DNA of 64,000 nt, taken from assembly GCA_028692545.1 (NCBI GenBank), contig JAQUXC010000004.1, forward strand, positions 630 through 64,629, written 5' to 3'. The stretch comes from Patescibacteria group bacterium. Its GTDB lineage: Bacteria > Patescibacteriota > Patescibacteriia > UBA1558 > S5-K13. Every line of letters starts with the position of its first letter. Within the stretch, counting starts at the first letter, position 1. Of this stretch, positions 60,432-64,000 are shown piece by piece. A program made the translations under genes and the position numbers. The notes under the pieces are model-generated. The model saw only the letters and a program-made list of their open reading frames with translations. It was not told the DNA's origin and searched no databases.

Positions 60432-60803
60432 ATTATTTGCTACTAATTTTGTTTTTATTTTAGCTCTATTTGGTAAAGATTTGAGTTCATCTATATGTAA
60501 ATATTTTAATTTATCAATATCTGAACTAATTCCCATACCAAAATCCCAATCAATTAAATCTTGTTTACTTATTTTCTTTTTAAGCTCTATATTGACCTCA
60601 TCAAATCTTTCATTCATTTCACATCTTAATTCATTTATACTTTGACTTGTATTTATAGCTATTTCTTCTCCTAATTCTTTTATTTTCCTAAATATATTTT
60701 TGTTACTATTCACAAACTCACTCTTTGTAACAAGATTCTTATTATTCTCAATAAGTTCATCTTTGATAATCTGTTTAATTTGTTTTAAATCGCTTTTCAA
60801 CAT
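60426..60803 (-). CDS. Hypothetical coiled-coil protein
   Basis: ORF only. Confidence 0.4.
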   Translation of the reverse strand: MLKSDLKQIKQIIKDELIENNKNLVTKSEFVNSNKNIFRKIKELGEEIAINTSQSINELRCEMNERFDEVNIELKKKISKQDLIDWDFGMGISSDIDKLKYLHIDELKSLPNRAKIKTKLVANNL

Positions 60804-60900
60804 AATTTAAATTTAATAATTTTGTCTCTATATTTTATAACTATAAAACAAATTGGTCAAAGACAATTATTAACACAATAAAGGCCGTCTATAATTGATA

Positions 60901-63126
60901 TTACTTAATATTTGTAGTTGTAGAAGTATTGTTGTATAAATATGAAGCTTTATTAAAATTTTCTTCTGCTTTATCATTCATTCCCTTTTCTTGATATAAT
61001 TTTCCAAGTTCTGAATAATATTTTGGGTTATTTTCATATTTTATAATATTTTCATACAAAAATATTCTCTGATCTGAATATCCATCTTCACCATATAACG
61101 CTATTGCCTTTTTTAAATCACCTAATAAAAATCTATGATTATGTTTTATAGCATTATCTATATTATCCAAGATTATTTTTTTATCAACGCTCATATATGA
61201 ATAAACTTCTCCAATCAACCAATAAGTTGTACCATATTTATCATTATATTTAAGAGCTGTTTGTAAGTCTTCTAATGCTTCATCCATTTTCCCTAGATTG
61301 AGATTTGCCCTAGATCTTAAGAAATAATTATGCAATTTCTGAGGAGATAATTCTATTGAATAATCTATTATTTTTTTTGATTCCTCTAAATTATTTTTAA
61401 ATTCATCACTATCTTGAGAAAACATACTAGCCTTACCCATATAAAGTCTAGCTAAATTAAGTTGCGTATAAGCATCTTTTGAATCCTCCTTTAGATATTC
61501 CTTATTTTTATCTATCAAAAAAATATATATATTATTAAAAATCTCCGCTTTTTCTTGACTATTTATTTTTGACATTGAGCTGGTTAGTATGTCAGTTGTC
61601 ATAGATACAGAATCTTTATTTAAATATCCAGGATAATTAAATAACTCTTCTATATTAGTATATATATCTGTAAAATCTGTACTTTGATGAAAACTTCTTT
61701 GTACAATATAATCTTGCTTTGCAATATTTAAATGATTCATATTCATACCAAGTACAAAATAAAAAACTATTATTCCAGCAAAAGAAATTATTATCCAGTT
61801 TGAATTACTTATTTTTTCCCACAACAATTTTTTATCAAAAACTTCATTATAGCTACTTTCAATATATGCAATTATAAAGAAAAACATTGTTGTAACTGCT
61901 AATGTATCAAATACAAACAAATTTTGTATAAAATAAGCTACTACTATAACTGCAAGAAATATAGAAAATATTTTTTCATCTTCATCTTGTTGAGTTTTAT
62001 GAATTTTAAAAAGATAATAAAAAAGAATAACAAATATTGATAAATAAGAAAGAATACCAAATATTCCAGTAGCTACCAAAGTTTCTACAACCATATTATG
62101 AGCCCTATCAAACCATACTTCAGTAGGGGCTATATTGTAATAATCAGCCTGAAAATATTTATCAAAAGCATAACCATAATTTTCCATTCCATAACCAAAA
62201 ATAGGTCTTTCTTTGAATGCTTGCCATCCTCCATTCCATGATATAAGTCTAGTTCTAACGGTACCTTCAGCAAAAGAAATATTAACAATTCTTTTTGTAA
62301 TTACATTATTTTTTACCCAATCAGCATCTTTGTTTGCAAAAGCTAATCCAAAAAATGTAATAATAGATAGCAAAAATACAATAAGTGAAATCTTTAAAAC
62401 TTTTGAACTACCTCTAAAAATAAAATATATTCCCAAAATCAATATAGCAGCCATTAAACCAACTTGAGCACCTCTAGTTTGAGTCAAAAACATAGCAGGA
62501 AGTTGTATAAATATATGAGTAGCAAAAATCAATTTAAAGTACCATTCTTTTTTTGTGACTAATAAATATAAAGACAACAAAACTCCCAAAATAAGAAGTC
62601 CTGCTGTATATGAAACATTACCCAAAACACTCTGAATCATTTGACCACCAGTTTGAAATACAAAGGACACATTCCATCTTTGTAAATATCCATAAAAAGC
62701 AATATAAGAGCAAAATATAAGTGAAACATTCAAAAATACAAACCACTCTTTTTTTGTTTTTAAAAAATTACTAAGCACTATAAAAAATAAAACCAAATGA
62801 AGCCATGTATTTATACCCCACATTCTTTCAAGGTCTCCAACAAATGATAGCTTTGGATTTAGTCCAAATATAGCTGTAATAATAGTTATAAATGTAAAAA
62901 TAATAATTGATAAAAGTAAAATGGATTTTTTTGGTCTATATTTTGGATAATATAAAGCTAATACAAGATAAAAAAATGACAATAACTCAACTAATATTCT
63001 AAATGGTATTGCTTTTGATGTAATATATGGAAATATCCATTCCCTAAATATCAAAGTACAACTTATAAAAACACCTACAATAAGTATGTTTATCACAATT
63101 CTTAAGTTCTTTTCTAAATTATTCAT
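60901..63126 (-). CDS. O-antigen ligase/polymerase-like (Wzy_C) polytopic membrane protein with C-terminal TPR repeats
   Basis: More than 10 TM segments, a TQTRGAQVG loop region, and TPR-like YYSELGKLYQEKGMNDKAEENF at the C-terminus. Confidence 0.65.
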   Translation of the reverse strand: MNNLEKNLRIVINILIVGVFISCTLIFREWIFPYITSKAIPFRILVELLSFFYLVLALYYPKYRPKKSILLLSIIIFTFITIITAIFGLNPKLSFVGDLERMWGINTWLHLVLFFIVLSNFLKTKKEWFVFLNVSLIFCSYIAFYGYLQRWNVSFVFQTGGQMIQSVLGNVSYTAGLLILGVLLSLYLLVTKKEWYFKLIFATHIFIQLPAMFLTQTRGAQVGLMAAILILGIYFIFRGSSKVLKISLIVFLLSIITFFGLAFANKDADWVKNNVITKRIVNISFAEGTVRTRLISWNGGWQAFKERPIFGYGMENYGYAFDKYFQADYYNIAPTEVWFDRAHNMVVETLVATGIFGILSYLSIFVILFYYLFKIHKTQQDEDEKIFSIFLAVIVVAYFIQNLFVFDTLAVTTMFFFIIAYIESSYNEVFDKKLLWEKISNSNWIIISFAGIIVFYFVLGMNMNHLNIAKQDYIVQRSFHQSTDFTDIYTNIEELFNYPGYLNKDSVSMTTDILTSSMSKINSQEKAEIFNNIYIFLIDKNKEYLKEDSKDAYTQLNLARLYMGKASMFSQDSDEFKNNLEESKKIIDYSIELSPQKLHNYFLRSRANLNLGKMDEALEDLQTALKYNDKYGTTYWLIGEVYSYMSVDKKIILDNIDNAIKHNHRFLLGDLKKAIALYGEDGYSDQRIFLYENIIKYENNPKYYSELGKLYQEKGMNDKAEENFNKASYLYNNTSTTTNIK

Positions 63127-63192
63127 TTATTTTTCTATAATTATTAACTTATAAATATTCTATAATATATAATCTAAATAGGCAATTCTCTC

Positions 63193-63221
63193 CACGTCCG
63201 ACGTTGCCAACGTCGGACGTG
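63193..63221. repeat. REP-like palindrome cacgtccgacgttg-c-caacgtcggacgtg (5' flank of the RAYT gene)
   Basis: 14-bp perfect arms; seen directly. Confidence 0.7.
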
Positions 63222-63317
63222 TGGTATATAGTATTGACTTTGATATATTCTGAAGTAAAATATAAACATGGGTCGCAAAAGCGATCTTTTTGTTTTAATA
63301 AATAAAGAAAAGCGATT

Positions 63318-63926
63318 ATGATAAGGAATATATTATCAAACAATATTTATCATGTTTATAATAGAGGAACTGAAAAAAGAAGAATTTTTTATAATCAAAG
63401 GGATTATAATTATTTTTTGAGTAGAATGTTTTTTTATAAAGATCAGTTTAAAGTAAAAATTTTATCTTATGCAATATTACCAAACCATTTTCATTTTTTA
63501 CTAGAAGAACCAACGTCGGACGTTGTTAACGTCCGACGTTGCAGTTACAAACCAAATACTAATCAATATCATGGATCAAAAATATCAAAGTTTATATCTA
63601 TTTTATTAAATTCTTATACAAAATATTTCAATAATAGACGAGAGCATTCTGGGAGAATTTTTCAAGGACCATTTAAATCTAAACTTATAAGTAGTGATAC
63701 TTATTTGCAAACAGTTTTTGTTTATGTAAATTTAAATCCAATAAAGCATGGGGTTGTAAATAATATAAATGACTGGCTTTATACTTCCCATCATTATTTT
63801 TCAGATAAATTTAATTCTGGAATAGTAGATAGTAATGATTTTATAGATAAAACTATCTATAAATCTATTATCAAAAATTATAAAGATAAAATAGAAAATA
63901 ATGACGTAGATTTGGAATTTGATTAG
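63318..63926 (+). CDS. IS200-like/RAYT-family Y1 transposase flanked by REP-like palindromes
   Basis: HuH motif LPNHFHFLL; GRIFQGPFKSKLISSDTYL...YVNLNPIKHG...W block typical of COG1943. Confidence 0.7.
   Translation: MIRNILSNNIYHVYNRGTEKRRIFYNQRDYNYFLSRMFFYKDQFKVKILSYAILPNHFHFLLEEPTSDVVNVRRCSYKPNTNQYHGSKISKFISILLNSYTKYFNNRREHSGRIFQGPFKSKLISSDTYLQTVFVYVNLNPIKHGVVNNINDWLYTSHHYFSDKFNSGIVDSNDFIDKTIYKSIIKNYKDKIENNDVDLEFD
63511..63541. repeat. REP-like palindrome inside the RAYT ORF (caacgtcggacgtt-gtt-aacgtccgacgttg)
   Basis: Same arms as the flanking copies; translated in frame as PTSDVVNVRRCS immediately after the HuH motif. Confidence 0.7.
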
Positions 63927-63928
63927 TC

Positions 63929-63962
63929 ACCAACGTCCGACGTTGGCAACGTCGGACGTGGA
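63929..63962. repeat. REP-like palindrome 3' of the RAYT gene (acgtccgacgttg-g-caacgtcggacgt)
   Basis: Begins 3 nt after the RAYT stop codon. Confidence 0.65.
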
Positions 63963-64000
63963 AATCCCCCAAAAAAACAAAATCTCCCACCCCGCAAAGC

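Noticed and set aside
63149-63343. 64-aa minus-strand ORF
   Set aside because: Spans the REP palindrome and the start of the RAYT gene; no supporting signal.

Overview
AT-rich window (roughly 28-30% GC by eye) with short intergenic spacers and many small hypothetical proteins. The gene content fits a small-genome uncultivated bacterium, plausibly Candidate Phyla Radiation/Patescibacteria; that placement is an inference from gene content and composition only. Housekeeping genes I can support from motifs: partial uvrC, uvrA, uvrB, pyruvate-phosphate dikinase, a P-type ATPase, typA/bipA, orphan trpB, a DEAD-box helicase, dnaX, corA, cysS, a dihydrouridine synthase, and tRNA-Asn, tRNA-Gln and tRNA-Glu. 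These are interleaved with accessory and mobile DNA. (1) Two IS200-like/RAYT tyrosine transposase genes each carry an in-frame palindromic insert just after the HuH motif; the second is flanked by three copies of a REP-like palindrome, a REPtron-like arrangement. (2) GC-rich palindromic mini-elements are scattered through this AT-rich DNA, including apparently in-frame insertions in the uvrA linker, in a truncated small-ORF paralog and in a tRNA fragment, reminiscent of Rickettsia palindromic elements. (3) A small GIY-YIG gene sits between a truncated duplicate of the tRNA-Gln 5' end and the intact tRNA-Gln. (4) A class II Fic gene lies among gene remnants. (5) A P-type ATPase is bracketed by two copies of a roughly 57-70 bp direct repeat that carries a gene 3' end plus terminator. 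(6) A roughly 75-bp intergenic element occurs at three loci. (7) From about 45.3 kb to 63.1 kb there is a surface-glycan biosynthesis island (initiating phosphoglycosyltransferase, Wzx, six GT4 glycosyltransferases, two epimerases, an AsnB-like amidotransferase, FkbM and class-I methyltransferases, an acetyltransferase, and an O-antigen-ligase-like TPR protein), bounded by tRNA-Glu and the REP/RAYT locus. The most distinctive regulatory signal is upstream of orphan trpB: a 20-codon leader ORF with tandem Trp codons, then overlapping alternative hairpins and a 12-bp-stem/U7 intrinsic terminator, which is the classic trp ribosome-mediated attenuator architecture. No CRISPR array or rRNA was seen. 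All coordinates for sub-gene elements were derived by hand and may be off by 1-3 nt.
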